DNA of 64,000 nt, from positions 64,001-128,000 of IMG/VR virus record IMGVR_UViG_3300036766_002288; one strand, given 5' to 3'. The stretch comes from a virus. Positions 34,989 to 46,083 of this stretch are shown in pieces (positions within the stretch are counted from its first letter, which is position 1; each line of letters begins with the position of its first letter). The notes under the pieces are model-generated. The model saw only the letters and a program-made list of their open reading frames with translations, had not been told where the DNA came from and made no database searches. The translations under genes were made by a program, and so were the position numbers.

Positions 34989-35720
34989 ATGAGAAAAGTA
35001 GTAGTATTTAGTGGTGCAGGGTTATCAGCGGAATCTGGGATTCCAACATTCAGGGATTCGAATGGGCTATGGGAGAACCACAAAGTAGAAGATGTAGCCC
35101 ATCCTAGCGGTTGGGCAAAAGATAAAAACTTAGTCCTAGAGTTCTACCGTCAGCGTTTTGAAAGTGTAAAAAACTGTGCCCCTAATGAAGCCCACAAAAG
35201 TATTGCTCGACTTCAAGACAAATTTGAAGTTGTAAACATAACACAGAATATTGATGATTTGCTTGAGAGAGCAGGTTGTAAAGAAGTTCGTCATTTGCAT
35301 GGCAGTATTAATAAGCGAAAGTGCGAATGGCATAAGTCCTGTTGTATGTTAGATGGTGATTCAAGATATATTTGCAACTATGCAACTGACCATACAGAAG
35401 CTGTTAAACTAGGAGATTTGTGCCCGAAATGTAGTGGTCAATTACGTCCAGATGTGGTATGGTTTGATGAGCCAGTCGCCTTTGAATTTGAGACTATGCA
35501 CGAGCTAGTTCGTGAAGTCAAATACAACAATGGAGTGTTCATATGCATAGGAACATCCGCTCAAGTCCATCCCGCTGCCGCATTGATCCCATTATTTGTC
35601 CAAGTGGCTAATAAGTATATAATTGATTTGAATGCCAGACCAATTGGTAACTACACATTACTAAAAGGCAGTGCTAGCGAGAAGATGAAAGAACTGGCTG
35701 ATAAACTTTTGGAGGTATAG
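34989..35720 (+). CDS. cobB: Sir2/CobB NAD-dependent deacylase
   Basis: FSGAGLSAESGIPTFRD..GLW, ITQNIDDL.ERAG, HLHG, LRPDVVWF, IGTSA.V.PAA. Confidence 0.93.
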   Translation: MRKVVVFSGAGLSAESGIPTFRDSNGLWENHKVEDVAHPSGWAKDKNLVLEFYRQRFESVKNCAPNEAHKSIARLQDKFEVVNITQNIDDLLERAGCKEVRHLHGSINKRKCEWHKSCCMLDGDSRYICNYATDHTEAVKLGDLCPKCSGQLRPDVVWFDEPVAFEFETMHELVREVKYNNGVFICIGTSAQVHPAAALIPLFVQVANKYIIDLNARPIGNYTLLKGSASEKMKELADKLLEV

Positions 35721-36102
35721 TGGGAGTTATATTTTGCGATGGTTGGTCAATACCAATTTCAGAATCAGCCGAAGAAAAAGCCGATGCGAAAAAAAGAGAA
35801 ATTGAATTCCTGGCAAAATGGTATAAGCCTGGCGGCGGTTGTTTTATTGAGACTCTTATGCAACATGGTTGTCAATGTGGCGAGTTTCAAAAAGAGATGA
35901 GATGGAAAAATGGAAATAATAATTAAAAAACGAAAGCCACTTCCTAAGCATTGGTATAGGCAACATATCGCGGAATGTCCAGTTTGTGGTGCTGACCATA
36001 GTTCCAGAGAAAGGGTATTTGGAGAAAAGCCAAAAGACCCTAAAGAAATATATAGCTACTCTGTGGCCTATGACTGGTGTGATATTGATGGAAGATATTA
36101 AA

Positions 36103-36546
36103 ATGAGTATCTCAGACTATTATCCAGAAGAAAAAGCGGTCGGGCCACATAAAAAATTCATGATGTTTTTCACCGACAATCTAGTACCTTGGGTCGGTGG
36201 TAATGTTGAATTTGGTGTGGATTTCTTCGGTTGTCTCATACTTTGTTCGACCTATAAACACATGAAGAGAGTGTTGTCAGGTCGGCCAGAAGTTGAAGAA
36301 TTTAGACAAAAATGGAATAAAGAAATCACTCCAGTAGAGTTAGATGCATTTATCAATTGGGTACTAAGACCAGATTCAGAAGAGGGTTTAAGTGCTTATC
36401 AAAACTTATTTGCGGCAATTGTTTTAGCCCTGGAACCTTTCTATAAGACAGATGAATATGCAAAATTATACATAGACAACTCAGCAAAAACAGGTGGTAT
36501 TGTAGGATTCCTAGCTAGGGAAATACAAGAGAGAAACTTGGCGTAA
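36103..36546 (+). CDS. Hypothetical protein
   Basis: 147-aa ORF in operon order. Confidence 0.55.
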   Translation: MSISDYYPEEKAVGPHKKFMMFFTDNLVPWVGGNVEFGVDFFGCLILCSTYKHMKRVLSGRPEVEEFRQKWNKEITPVELDAFINWVLRPDSEEGLSAYQNLFAAIVLALEPFYKTDEYAKLYIDNSAKTGGIVGFLAREIQERNLA

Positions 36547-36588
36547 TTTTTCTATGGATTTAGAAACCACCTTACTCTCTAATAAGAT

Positions 36589-37407
36589 ATGAGATACAGA
36601 TTAACCGATGAACAAAATTTAGATATTGCAAAGGCTTTCAGTAATGGGGACTCGATAGATGTGTTAGCCACAAAATACAATAAACATAAAGCTTCTATTC
36701 GAAGAATACTATTTAAATTTGATATATTTTCTAAAAACACTAAAAGCAAAACTAAGGGTGGTTTTTCATATAAAGATAAGCTAAAAATTATAAATTTATA
36801 TACCATTGAAAAAAGAGGCAAATCTTACATAGGTAAACTTTTTAATGTGTCAGATTTCAATATCAATTATTGGCTCAAAAAGTGGGGTGTAAAGTCCATT
36901 TCCCGTTCTGATATTTCTACTAAAATACGTGAGATTTATGGTCCTACTAAAGGATTTGGAGGTCGTAAGCATAAAGTAGATTCGAAAATTAAAATATCAA
37001 ATAGTCTTTATGCTTCCTGGGAAGACGATAGAGAGCCAATGATAGGTAAATCACGTACTTATGATACTATAATTGGTAAAGTATTGGGGACGTGGGAAGT
37101 GGCATATTTACAAAAGTTGAAAACCAACAATGAACAATTACCTACACTTTGTCATAAAAGATATAAAACTCCTTATGGAAGTTATAAACCTGACTTTGAG
37201 TTCAACGATAGGTTTATAGAAATTAAAAGCGAGTTCACTTTAAAAGTGGCAAAAGGTAAATATAAAAGTCATGGTAAATATTCGAATAATCAGTTTAAAA
37301 AAATAAAATATGTCAATGACAATATTAAGAAGATTGAAATTATAGTGCTGGACAAGGATGAAGCTATTTCCTATTTTAAAATGGCAAAAAAAGGAATATT
37401 GAAATGA
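36589..37407 (+). CDS. Putative homing endonuclease (HTH repeats + NUMOD3-like + PD-(D/E)xK)
   Basis: GRKHKVDSKIKIS; YKPDFEFNDRFIEIKS. Confidence 0.65.
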   Translation: MRYRLTDEQNLDIAKAFSNGDSIDVLATKYNKHKASIRRILFKFDIFSKNTKSKTKGGFSYKDKLKIINLYTIEKRGKSYIGKLFNVSDFNINYWLKKWGVKSISRSDISTKIREIYGPTKGFGGRKHKVDSKIKISNSLYASWEDDREPMIGKSRTYDTIIGKVLGTWEVAYLQKLKTNNEQLPTLCHKRYKTPYGSYKPDFEFNDRFIEIKSEFTLKVAKGKYKSHGKYSNNQFKKIKYVNDNIKKIEIIVLDKDEAISYFKMAKKGILK

Positions 37408-38009
37408 AATACGTGAGCGTAGACATAGAAACAACAGGTTTAAATCATGAGAAATGCACCATACTTGAATTCGCAGCCGTAGTTGATGACTTAAATTTGC
37501 AAGAGCCAATTGAAAAATTACCTAAGTTTCAGACTTATGTAAGACAAGAATACTACAGTGGTGAACCATATGCTCTTGCGATGCACTGTGAAAAATTTCA
37601 AAAGATATCTAATTGGCGTGCAAATGGAATTGACGTTTGTTATCCTGAGACACTCATCAAGAAATTTCATACTTTCTTGATAACATTCGGTTATCAAGAA
37701 ACTGGCAGAACTCATTCATCTTTAAAAGATGGTTATATTAAAATAAATGTTGCTGGTAAAAACTTCGCTAATTTTGACAACAGATTTATAGAGAAACTAC
37801 CAGATTATGATAAAATGATTAAAGTTGGACATAGGATTTTAGACCCTGTAATGCTCTATTTTGATCCTAAGAAAGATATTGACCATCTGCCAAGTATGGC
37901 TGAATGCATGGAACGTGCAGGAATCAGTGGTGAAGTTCCACATTCAGCATTAGAAGATGCTGTTTTGGTTGTTAGATTACTAAGACATAAATTTCCTATT
38001 AAAGAGTAA
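37404..38009 (+). CDS. DEDDh 3'-5' exonuclease
   Basis: VSVDIETTGL, GKNFANFD..F, HSALEDA. Confidence 0.88.
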   Translation: MKYVSVDIETTGLNHEKCTILEFAAVVDDLNLQEPIEKLPKFQTYVRQEYYSGEPYALAMHCEKFQKISNWRANGIDVCYPETLIKKFHTFLITFGYQETGRTHSSLKDGYIKINVAGKNFANFDNRFIEKLPDYDKMIKVGHRILDPVMLYFDPKKDIDHLPSMAECMERAGISGEVPHSALEDAVLVVRLLRHKFPIKE

Positions 38010-38016
38010 ATAACAC

Positions 38017-39306
38017 ATGATTACAGACCGTTGGCATGGTATTACTCGTCCTTATAATATAGATCAGATCAGAAGACTCCAAGGTTCTTTTGTCGAAGAA
38101 CACAGCTTGGCAACATTGACTGCCGAAAAACTTTGGGAAAGACTAAATGATAAGCCTTACCTTCATGCATTAGGAGCGGTTACAGGTAATCAGGCCATGC
38201 AAATGGCTAAAGCTGGCTTACCTGCGATCTATTGTTCTGGCTGGCAAGTTGCTGCTGATAATAATGATTCAATGCAAATGTATCCTGACCAATCCTTATA
38301 CGCTGTAAATAGCGTCCCTAATTTAGTTCGCAGAATCAATAATTGTTTAAGACGAGCCGACCAAATTCAGTGGATGGAAATATGTGCAGGGGGCAAATGC
38401 ACCACTGATTATTGGGTTCCTATTGTCGCTGACTGTGAAGCAGGCTTCGGTGGTCCACTCAACGCTTTTGAATTAACAAAAGCAATGATTGAGGCAGGTG
38501 CAGCTGGAATTCATTTTGAAGACCAGTTATCTTCAGCTAAGAAGTGTGGCCATCTAGGTGGTAAGGTTCTGATTCCAGCGTCCCACTTTATCAAGACCCT
38601 GATTGCGGCACGGTTAGCTGCCGATGTTTGCAATGTCCCAACAGTTATCATTGCGCGAACAGATGCAGATAGTGCTAAATTACTAACTTCAGACATAGAT
38701 GCATTAGATGCACCTTTCATAAAGCGTAAAGATGTTTCACTTGTGGGTAATTTTGGTGATACATTAACAAAGTGGGAAGTGTGTAGGACTTCCGAAGGAT
38801 ACTATGAAATAACTGGTGGTATAAACATGGCCATAGCTAGAGGATTGGCCTACGCACCATATGCTGATCTATTGTGGTGTGAAACCTCTCATCCTGACAT
38901 AAATGAAGCAAAAACTTTCGCAGAGGCTATTCATGCCAAATATCCTGGTAAGTTACTGGCTTATAATTGCTCACCCAGCTTCAACTGGAAAAAGCATCTA
39001 AATGAGAGACAGATTGCTGATTTCCAGAAGGAATTGGGACAAATGGGCTATAAATTCCAATTTATTACTCTCGCAGGCTTCCATGCTCTAAATCAAAGTA
39101 TGTTTGATTTAGCACTAGAATATGGCAAGAGAGATATGGAAGCTTACGTAGACTTGCAAGAAAGAGAATTTGATCTACAACACTTTGGTTATACAGCAAC
39201 CAAACACCAGAGAGAGGTCGGTGTTGGTTACTTTGATTTAGTTGCAGAAACTCTTGGCTCCCAATTAACCGCTTTGGACGAATCTACTGAGAAGGAGCAA
39301 TTCTAA
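38017..39306 (+). CDS. aceA: Isocitrate lyase
   Basis: [73 protein letters not shown]. Confidence 0.97.
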   Translation: MITDRWHGITRPYNIDQIRRLQGSFVEEHSLATLTAEKLWERLNDKPYLHALGAVTGNQAMQMAKAGLPAIYCSGWQVAADNNDSMQMYPDQSLYAVNSVPNLVRRINNCLRRADQIQWMEICAGGKCTTDYWVPIVADCEAGFGGPLNAFELTKAMIEAGAAGIHFEDQLSSAKKCGHLGGKVLIPASHFIKTLIAARLAADVCNVPTVIIARTDADSAKLLTSDIDALDAPFIKRKDVSLVGNFGDTLTKWEVCRTSEGYYEITGGINMAIARGLAYAPYADLLWCETSHPDINEAKTFAEAIHAKYPGKLLAYNCSPSFNWKKHLNERQIADFQKELGQMGYKFQFITLAGFHALNQSMFDLALEYGKRDMEAYVDLQEREFDLQHFGYTATKHQREVGVGYFDLVAETLGSQLTALDESTEKEQF

Positions 39307-39782
39307 TGATAGAAGTATTCGCAGATGGCAAAACATTGTCCAACGGAATTTATGTTCAAAGAAAAATTTATTGGGCGGACTGTGAAGTGGCAGGTTGGCC
39401 ACTCGACAAGCCTTGGTTGGCCACAATTAACGTTGGTTCATGGCATTATTCCTCTAGAGGAAACGCAACCAAAGAGGAAGCAATAAAAGATTTATTCGAA
39501 TATATGCAGGAACAAATTAAAGCTCATAAAGACCAGTTAGAATTCCAAAATAATAGGCTCAAAGAACTAACCGAATTTCTAGAGAAGTATAATACTAATT
39601 AGGGTCTGAATCCGCCAACCTTTTCAAAGCCTTGCGAAGCATTTTTGCTATCCATTGAGCGTGTTTCTTGGAATCCCTTTCAAACGATTGAAGGGTAAAT
39701 CCTTGGTGGTCAATTGAAAATTCTACTGTCCAAGCCTTCTCAGAGTGCCAAGCAGGTTTGACTCTTACCTTCCATTTCGATT

Positions 39783-40910
39783 TCATGACGCATCCCTAAT
39801 TTTAAATTCCTTCTCCAAGGAATCAAGAGCATCTACAATACCAGTGTACGCCAATTCTGCCTTAGATGCCATGTTAATTCCAAAGAAGCCCTGTCTCCTG
39901 AACTCTTCTGCCTTCTGAGCAATCTTCAGTCTGGTTGCATCCCATACTGTGTTAGCAAAAATATCGACATGTTCAGAGAGTTTGCCCTGCCCATTTAATG
40001 AAAATGCTATACAGGACACAATAGGCAAACAATATGCCCCAGCTACTGGTGAATTGATTGGCATGGGCATTATAGGCATATTATGCGACCCGCGAGCATC
40101 ACCAGTTACATAATGTCCTAATAAATAAGGCTCAATAACCTCTTCTGGTGCTGGGAACATGCCTTGTGTCCTAATAATGGCCACAGGATCGTCCTTGCCA
40201 GTGTATTTGCCAGCAATATTGTGCAATCTAGTTGCGGAAACCGCAACTGTTTGCTCATCTGGCTTATATCTAGAATGAATTTGTTCGACACCGAATTTAT
40301 CAATATCCCTGAGAAGGACTGCAACATCCCATATGCGTTCTGGAACATCCAACTCAATTAACTTATCCCCATCCTTATTATCCATGTCCATAATGGTGAA
40401 CTTAAATCCCTTCTTCATTTTGGGATTCAATAATAGACCACCATCATGCATTGGATCACAAAAAACTTGATAAAGTGGCAGATTATAAGCCCCTGGCCCA
40501 CATTTATCAGCAGCAAATACTAAGAAAGACTCAGCAGGCCGCTCTTTGGTCAGAAGCTCAAATTCAATCTCAGCCACCGCTGGCCCTGCGCCTCTTACGT
40601 TACCTGAAGGTGCGTCCACAAGAAGGTCTTGGCCAGCCCCATACAAACCTTCAACACTTGCTATTTTGGTGGCGTCTTTGAATGTTTGCCATGCAAAATT
40701 ATGGACTTCTGTATTTAATTTACCCTTATCATGTACCATTATTAAACATATATCATCGCCCGTATGAGTGACTCTGCCATCAATCAGGAGTTTATTCAGC
40801 ATGGCGGTACCAATTGCAGAATGACATTGGTTCATCATCATGCTAGATGGCTCAGTATGCCCGCCAATAGAGCCAACGTCAGCTTTGATTACAGAGATAG
40901 TGACTTTCAT
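39783..40910 (-). CDS. fbp: Fructose-1,6-bisphosphate aldolase/phosphatase (class V FBPase)
   Basis: ISVIKADVGSIGGH, GDDI.LIM.H, GLYGAGQDLL, SGNVRG.GP, DKCGPGAYN, GKYTGKDDPV, GDARGSH. Confidence 0.95.
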   Translation of the reverse strand: MKVTISVIKADVGSIGGHTEPSSMMMNQCHSAIGTAMLNKLLIDGRVTHTGDDICLIMVHDKGKLNTEVHNFAWQTFKDATKIASVEGLYGAGQDLLVDAPSGNVRGAGPAVAEIEFELLTKERPAESFLVFAADKCGPGAYNLPLYQVFCDPMHDGGLLLNPKMKKGFKFTIMDMDNKDGDKLIELDVPERIWDVAVLLRDIDKFGVEQIHSRYKPDEQTVAVSATRLHNIAGKYTGKDDPVAIIRTQGMFPAPEEVIEPYLLGHYVTGDARGSHNMPIMPMPINSPVAGAYCLPIVSCIAFSLNGQGKLSEHVDIFANTVWDATRLKIAQKAEEFRRQGFFGINMASKAELAYTGIVDALDSLEKEFKIRDAS

Positions 40911-40964
40911 GAATTGTTCTCGCTAAAGGAAGTTATTTAATGATACTGAAATGATTGTTGGAAA

Positions 40965-41684
40965 TCAACTGGAAATTGTAATTTTCATCGCATCTTTATT
41001 GTAGTTAGCTCGTTTTTTCATACTGGCCAAGCCTGGAGTCTCAGTAGTAATGTAAGGAATGGCATATTCAAGATAAAGCTTATCCTCAATAGTGTTCTTA
41101 GCTGATTCAGGATCAGGAATTAGTCCTTCATAGGTTTTATCTCCCCAACACTCGGATTTCCCAAATATTGGAAAATACTTTCTGGCCAATTCCCTTAAAT
41201 CCTCAGCCACTTGCTTGTGTTCAGTATAATAACAGTACCAACTCTTTATCCTTGGGTCTTCGTGTAAAGTGTGTAATAGAGAAATATTCTCATGCTTAAT
41301 ACCTTCCCAGATGATTTTACAATCCCCTTTTAATTCATCATCCATAAAATGGCGATTCATATCAAAACCATCGGCACAAAATCTCTGATTTCTCTTAAAT
41401 CCATAAGGATTGGCCAAAGGGATTATAACTACTTTCTTGCTTTTTGGGATGTGAACTTTGTTTTTAATGAATTCTAGAACGCCATAAGGACCACCCTTTT
41501 CATTGCCATGTAGCCCTGCGATAAAACATATAGTCTTTTTGGCGTATGGATTCAGAACTAGCTTGAACACACTTTCTCCGTCACTTTCACCTATCTCGGT
41601 AAGCTGGCCATAGCCCTTGCACGCTTCAACAAGGTCTTTGTTAAATTTGAATGTTTCTTTTTTATTAACAAACTCATTGAACAT
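40965..41684 (-). CDS. M14-family Zn carboxypeptidase/deacylase
   Basis: AGLHGNE, NPYG..R....DMNR, LHED, C-terminal E. Confidence 0.8.
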   Translation of the reverse strand: MFNEFVNKKETFKFNKDLVEACKGYGQLTEIGESDGESVFKLVLNPYAKKTICFIAGLHGNEKGGPYGVLEFIKNKVHIPKSKKVVIIPLANPYGFKRNQRFCADGFDMNRHFMDDELKGDCKIIWEGIKHENISLLHTLHEDPRIKSWYCYYTEHKQVAEDLRELARKYFPIFGKSECWGDKTYEGLIPDPESAKNTIEDKLYLEYAIPYITTETPGLASMKKRANYNKDAMKITISS

Positions 41685-41749
41685 ATAATGTATTTAGCCG
41701 CCCTAAATACAATATGGACAAAAGTTCGGGAGTTTGGTAGAATTCTGAT

Positions 41750-43183
41750 ATGAACACGATACTAAAAATTAATAACGATTTTAGCTACTTGATAACTTCA
41801 GATACGGTTTTTCGAAACAAATTGTGGGAAAAAATGAGGTTCCGTCAAAGGAACTACTTCCACACGCGGGCCTATCAGCAAGGTATTTGGGATGGTTACA
41901 TCAATTTTCTAGACAAAAAAACAGGTAGATTCCTTACTGGTCTAGTGCCAGAAGTGGAACTTGCCCTTAATAAATACTTCAACATACCATATGATATCAT
42001 TGACGAAAGAAAGCATGTCAAGTTCGCCTACGATTCCATTGATAAGGATTTTCTAAAGCAATGGACTCCTAAAGGAAAACCTCCAGTAGAACTATATGAC
42101 TATCAGGTGGACCTAACTAATCAGGCTATAAAACATGGTAGGGGTATAGTAAAATCACCCACTGCTTCTGGGAAGACGAATATTTTAATAGCTATATTGA
42201 AAGCTCTGCCACCGAACACTCCCACTTTGTTTCTAGTAAATAGAAAGACTTTGGTTTCTCAGAATTATAAAGAAATGATAAAGTGGGGGTTGAAGAATGT
42301 AGGTCGTTTCAACAGTGATTATCATGAACCAAATCTTATAACTTGTGCCAACGTTCAATCTCTACATCACTTAGACCGTCTATTGCCAAAATTCAAGATT
42401 TTAGTAACAGACGAAGTTCATACGATGACCAATAATAGTGGCATCAGGGCTTTCAAAAAGCTTACTGGCACAACAATCAGGATTGCTGTAAGTGCTACAC
42501 CATTTAAATTCGGGGGAAAGGATTTAGTACAGAAATATACTGCGAAGGGTTATTTTGGACCAGTGTTTGAAGTGGCTAGTGGCGAGGATGGAAAATTAAC
42601 TACCTCCTTCTTACAAAAAAGAGGAACTTTATCTAAGTCTTTATGTAGGTTCTACCCTATTGATGAACCACAAATACCTTATGATATATGGATCGACGCC
42701 GTTACTAACGGAATCGCCAATAACTTCCATTTTCACAAGATAGTGGCAAAACTATCTGCTAAACTAGCAGGCAGAACACTTATTCTTGTGGACAGAATCG
42801 CACATGGAGATGCACTGAACAACTTAATCCCTGACTCTTTGTGGGTACGCGGCCAAGATGATGAAAAGACCAGGGATTATGTAATTGAAAGACTAACAAG
42901 TGAAAAAAACAAGGTCGTAGCTATTGCCACAAGACAGATTTTCGACACAGGTATAAACTTCTTCTTACACAATGTCATAAATGCTACAGACGTGTCATCA
43001 GAGCATGGTATTGTTCAGTTGATGGGTCGTGGATTAAGAACCGCTGCCGATAAAGAAATTCTAAATTATTATGACTTTGTTTATAGGATTAATCCCTATT
43101 TAGAAAAACATTCTCTCAATAGAATCAAAACTTTAAGAAAAGAAAAACATGAAGTTGTTATTATGGATAAGATAGACTTTTAA
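41750..43183 (+). CDS. uvsW: UvsW-like superfamily 2 DNA helicase
   Basis: LYDYQ, SPTASGKT, DEVH, SATP, IFDTGIN, QLMGRGLR. Confidence 0.85.
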   Translation: MNTILKINNDFSYLITSDTVFRNKLWEKMRFRQRNYFHTRAYQQGIWDGYINFLDKKTGRFLTGLVPEVELALNKYFNIPYDIIDERKHVKFAYDSIDKDFLKQWTPKGKPPVELYDYQVDLTNQAIKHGRGIVKSPTASGKTNILIAILKALPPNTPTLFLVNRKTLVSQNYKEMIKWGLKNVGRFNSDYHEPNLITCANVQSLHHLDRLLPKFKILVTDEVHTMTNNSGIRAFKKLTGTTIRIAVSATPFKFGGKDLVQKYTAKGYFGPVFEVASGEDGKLTTSFLQKRGTLSKSLCRFYPIDEPQIPYDIWIDAVTNGIANNFHFHKIVAKLSAKLAGRTLILVDRIAHGDALNNLIPDSLWVRGQDDEKTRDYVIERLTSEKNKVVAIATRQIFDTGINFFLHNVINATDVSSEHGIVQLMGRGLRTAADKEILNYYDFVYRINPYLEKHSLNRIKTLRKEKHEVVIMDKIDF

Positions 43184-43679
43184 GAACATTGTTCAAATTA
43201 TACAGATTGTATTTTAGAAGGGTTTCAACCTGTTCTTTATTTGTGGAGATGAATTCTATATTCTCTGATATTTTAGTAATTTCTTGGCCTGCATTGGTGC
43301 CGTAATTACCAATTATTTCCTCTCCAGCCATTATATCTCTTGTAAACTTGTATATGATTTGTCCCGCATGTTGACTTCGCTTATTTAAGCCTTTTTCATA
43401 TACAAGTTTACAATTACTTAATTCGTCACTATGGTTGACCATACCGCCATAGCCCATTGGCACAATCTTGGCATCAAGTTTATCACTTCCTGCAAACTTA
43501 TACCGTTTTGCGTATTGAGTGCATTGGTCAGCTAGACCATTAGTTTTTACATAAACACCAATGACCTCAAGCCAATCATTCTTTTTGAGTGGTATTTTAG
43601 CAAAACAACCATTACCAGCATTTGGTATGGTTGATGGGGCGATATAGAATCGTTCATCAGTTTCTTCTACAAATATCAT
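43161..43679 (-). CDS. SET-domain methyltransferase
   Basis: STIPNAGNGCFAK..LKK, GGMVNHS, F.RDI.AGEEI..NYG. Confidence 0.85.
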   Translation of the reverse strand: MIFVEETDERFYIAPSTIPNAGNGCFAKIPLKKNDWLEVIGVYVKTNGLADQCTQYAKRYKFAGSDKLDAKIVPMGYGGMVNHSDELSNCKLVYEKGLNKRSQHAGQIIYKFTRDIMAGEEIIGNYGTNAGQEITKISENIEFISTNKEQVETLLKYNLYNLNNVLKSLSYP

Positions 43680-44206
43680 TTGTTATGGTCAAGGAAATCA
43701 TTAATCCACTCTACAGCTTCTTCACCTTCTTGATGATCTTTTACATTCTGCACAGTCCGAACCTTAATGAGTTGAACCACTTCCTCTAACTTATCTCGTT
43801 TCGTCCGCTCAGAAGAAATCCACTTACCTAGTTCAGGCTGTGTCCATTCTTCTTCAATACCAACAATGTTAAAGATGCCAGTGACATATTCTGGATTCGA
43901 CTGACCTTTAGCAAAATTTTCATTAACCTTAACTTCAGGCTTGTCAAGCTTGTCTAAAGGCTTATACAATTTGCCTTGTTTCCTACATTCATAATATCTT
44001 GAGCAATTTACCATCATCAACTCTTTACTTGGCAATTCGGGGTCGGCACCAATCTTCTCAGGAAGCATACCATACAAATACATCTGGTCATCTAACCAGC
44101 AGTTTTCATCACCTTTTTGGTCTCTATGTGTCCTAATTCCAGACCGAAGTTTCATTGTTTCTTGTTGCAACTCTTCCACAGTCATATTTTTTATGTCTTC
44201 GTCCAT
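43676..44206 (-). CDS. Hypothetical protein
   Basis: IRTHRDQKGDENCWLDD..LY..LPE motif. Confidence 0.6.
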   Translation of the reverse strand: MDEDIKNMTVEELQQETMKLRSGIRTHRDQKGDENCWLDDQMYLYGMLPEKIGADPELPSKELMMVNCSRYYECRKQGKLYKPLDKLDKPEVKVNENFAKGQSNPEYVTGIFNIVGIEEEWTQPELGKWISSERTKRDKLEEVVQLIKVRTVQNVKDHQEGEEAVEWINDFLDHNK

Positions 44207-44655
44207 TAGATGTAACCCCTTTCTATAGCTTCATTTATGTCTTGAAGGCTAACTTTTCTACCTAAAAACTCGGGAAAAACAATTGGTAAAATGGGATAAT
44301 ATATTACCAATGTAAGTTTCTTTCATCATTGGATCATTATTAATTTGTAATTGGACTTTTTTAACTTGGTCGGGTTCAATGTACCAGTCAAAGGCTTCAT
44401 TGTCTACGACAATATAGTTTATGCCTTCCAAATTAAAAATTTTGATTTCTTGTTTTGACATGCGTATCTCACGAGAGCATAATGAGACATTTTTTTACCA
44501 ATATTCGCATCATTTTCTTTAGCTAGATCGACCATATTTTTAGCATAATCTAGTTTTTCAGCATCTGTGAGATGTAGATTTAGATTTTTCAATACGGTCA
44601 TTGCCATGATAGCGTAATTTTTTCGATTTAGCCAATGATTTTTCATAATATAAAA

Positions 44656-44690
44656 TAGTAAAGGCTAGTGAATAACACTAGCCTTTACTA
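44656..44690 (-). terminator. Perfect 15-bp hairpin downstream of the 44708-45727 gene
   Basis: TAGTAAAGGCTAGTG-AATAA-CACTAGCCTTTACTA, T-rich tail on the minus strand. Confidence 0.7.
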
Positions 44691-44707
44691 TGGGATTTAT
44701 GTCTTAA

Positions 44708-45727
44708 TTAGGAGTTAAGATCAACGCCAAACTCAGTGGTGTTAATGTCAGCAGGTAGCCACGTTGCTACAGTTGCTGGGTTTTGTTCCCAAATAATACT
44801 GAATTCCTTGAATGCAGTATCATTAATTGTAGTGGCTGAGGATAAGTAATCCACGCCGCCAATACGAAGTTGAGATTTAATAGTATGTGTAGTTGAATCG
44901 GTGTTTCTTGACCAGTAATTGCAAGAAACGCCTGCAATACTACCAGTAATAAAGTTAAGTGCTGAACATTCAAATGTGTCTTGTTGTCCAGCAGTATTAG
45001 ACTGAGTATATAGACCATCGTTCAATACTTGAACTGCTTCAAAGTTTGGAACATTTGGAACATTAACACCCCACTGAGCATAAGTTCCAGCCTTAATAAC
45101 ATTGACTGCTTCTACCTTCATATCACCGAGGAAAGTAGTATTCAAAGCTGTAGAACCATCATTAATGTACAAATCGTCAATCTGATATGAACCACCCAAG
45201 CCTATGGCGGTTGGGCCACGGAAGCCTATATTGTTTGCAAAATTATTTGCAGAAGTCTGAGTATTGCCTGTGAATGTTGAATCGGCAGTAGTATTAACAT
45301 GAATATCTACTGTACCCACTGCTGGGTCGATAAAACCCTTGATTTCAATATAATACCATGCACCAGTAGTAATTGCGAAAGTTCCAGTGCATAGAACTGT
45401 TGCACCCCTTATTGCACTGAATATTCTTGTGCTTGGATTAAATGTCAATGTAACTTGTGCAGTAGTAGCATCTCGTATATCTACTAAAGGCATCTGAACG
45501 TTAGATGCGGCTATGTTTACATTTTTAAATGCAAATCCAACTGTCCATGTAGCATGATTGGAAAAAGTTGGCGTTACGAACTGTGTTCCATTGACTTGCA
45601 GCGCATTACCAATAGCGCGTCCTGGTTGGAAGGATGCACTTGGGACGTTGAAAATCGGATACCTGAACTGTAAAAAGCTTACTAAGTTAGAATATGATTC
45701 AAATCCTTCTACCCATTTTAATGCCAT
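44708..45727 (-). CDS. Beta-rich (LamG/lectin-like) virion structural protein
   Basis: MALKWVEGFE; WYYIEIK; IDDLYIND; TATATA element and AGGAG upstream. Confidence 0.65.
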   Translation of the reverse strand: MALKWVEGFESYSNLVSFLQFRYPIFNVPSASFQPGRAIGNALQVNGTQFVTPTFSNHATWTVGFAFKNVNIAASNVQMPLVDIRDATTAQVTLTFNPSTRIFSAIRGATVLCTGTFAITTGAWYYIEIKGFIDPAVGTVDIHVNTTADSTFTGNTQTSANNFANNIGFRGPTAIGLGGSYQIDDLYINDGSTALNTTFLGDMKVEAVNVIKAGTYAQWGVNVPNVPNFEAVQVLNDGLYTQSNTAGQQDTFECSALNFITGSIAGVSCNYWSRNTDSTTHTIKSQLRIGGVDYLSSATTINDTAFKEFSIIWEQNPATVATWLPADINTTEFGVDLNS

Positions 45728-45794
45728 TTTTTATTCTCCTAAATCTTGGAATCTTCATTATATATATGGTAGTCTAGAATATTTTAGGAGAAAA

Positions 45795-46025
45795 ATGGCT
45801 CAAGCTTTTATAGATCATTTCGAGGTAGAAACCCTTGGTGTTACGGCAAACTTAAAAGCGGCTAATATGGCCCATATTGTCATGGAAGTTTTAGGCTATT
45901 TTAAGTTCGGTACTATAGATATCCAACTTATAGTCACAGAAGTTCTAGGCAAAACACCTAATCAAAGCCTGACTTTTATAGACCATTTTACGGCAGAAAC
46001 GATTGGGCAGTGGGCAGGCTTTTAG
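45795..46025 (+). CDS. Small hypothetical protein
   Basis: AGGAG SD; ETLG/EVLG repeat. Confidence 0.55.
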   Translation: MAQAFIDHFEVETLGVTANLKAANMAHIVMEVLGYFKFGTIDIQLIVTEVLGKTPNQSLTFIDHFTAETIGQWAGF

Positions 46026-46083
46026 AAAGCATTTTCATTACCAATTATTTCATAAAACTTACTATATAATTATAGGAGGCTTT

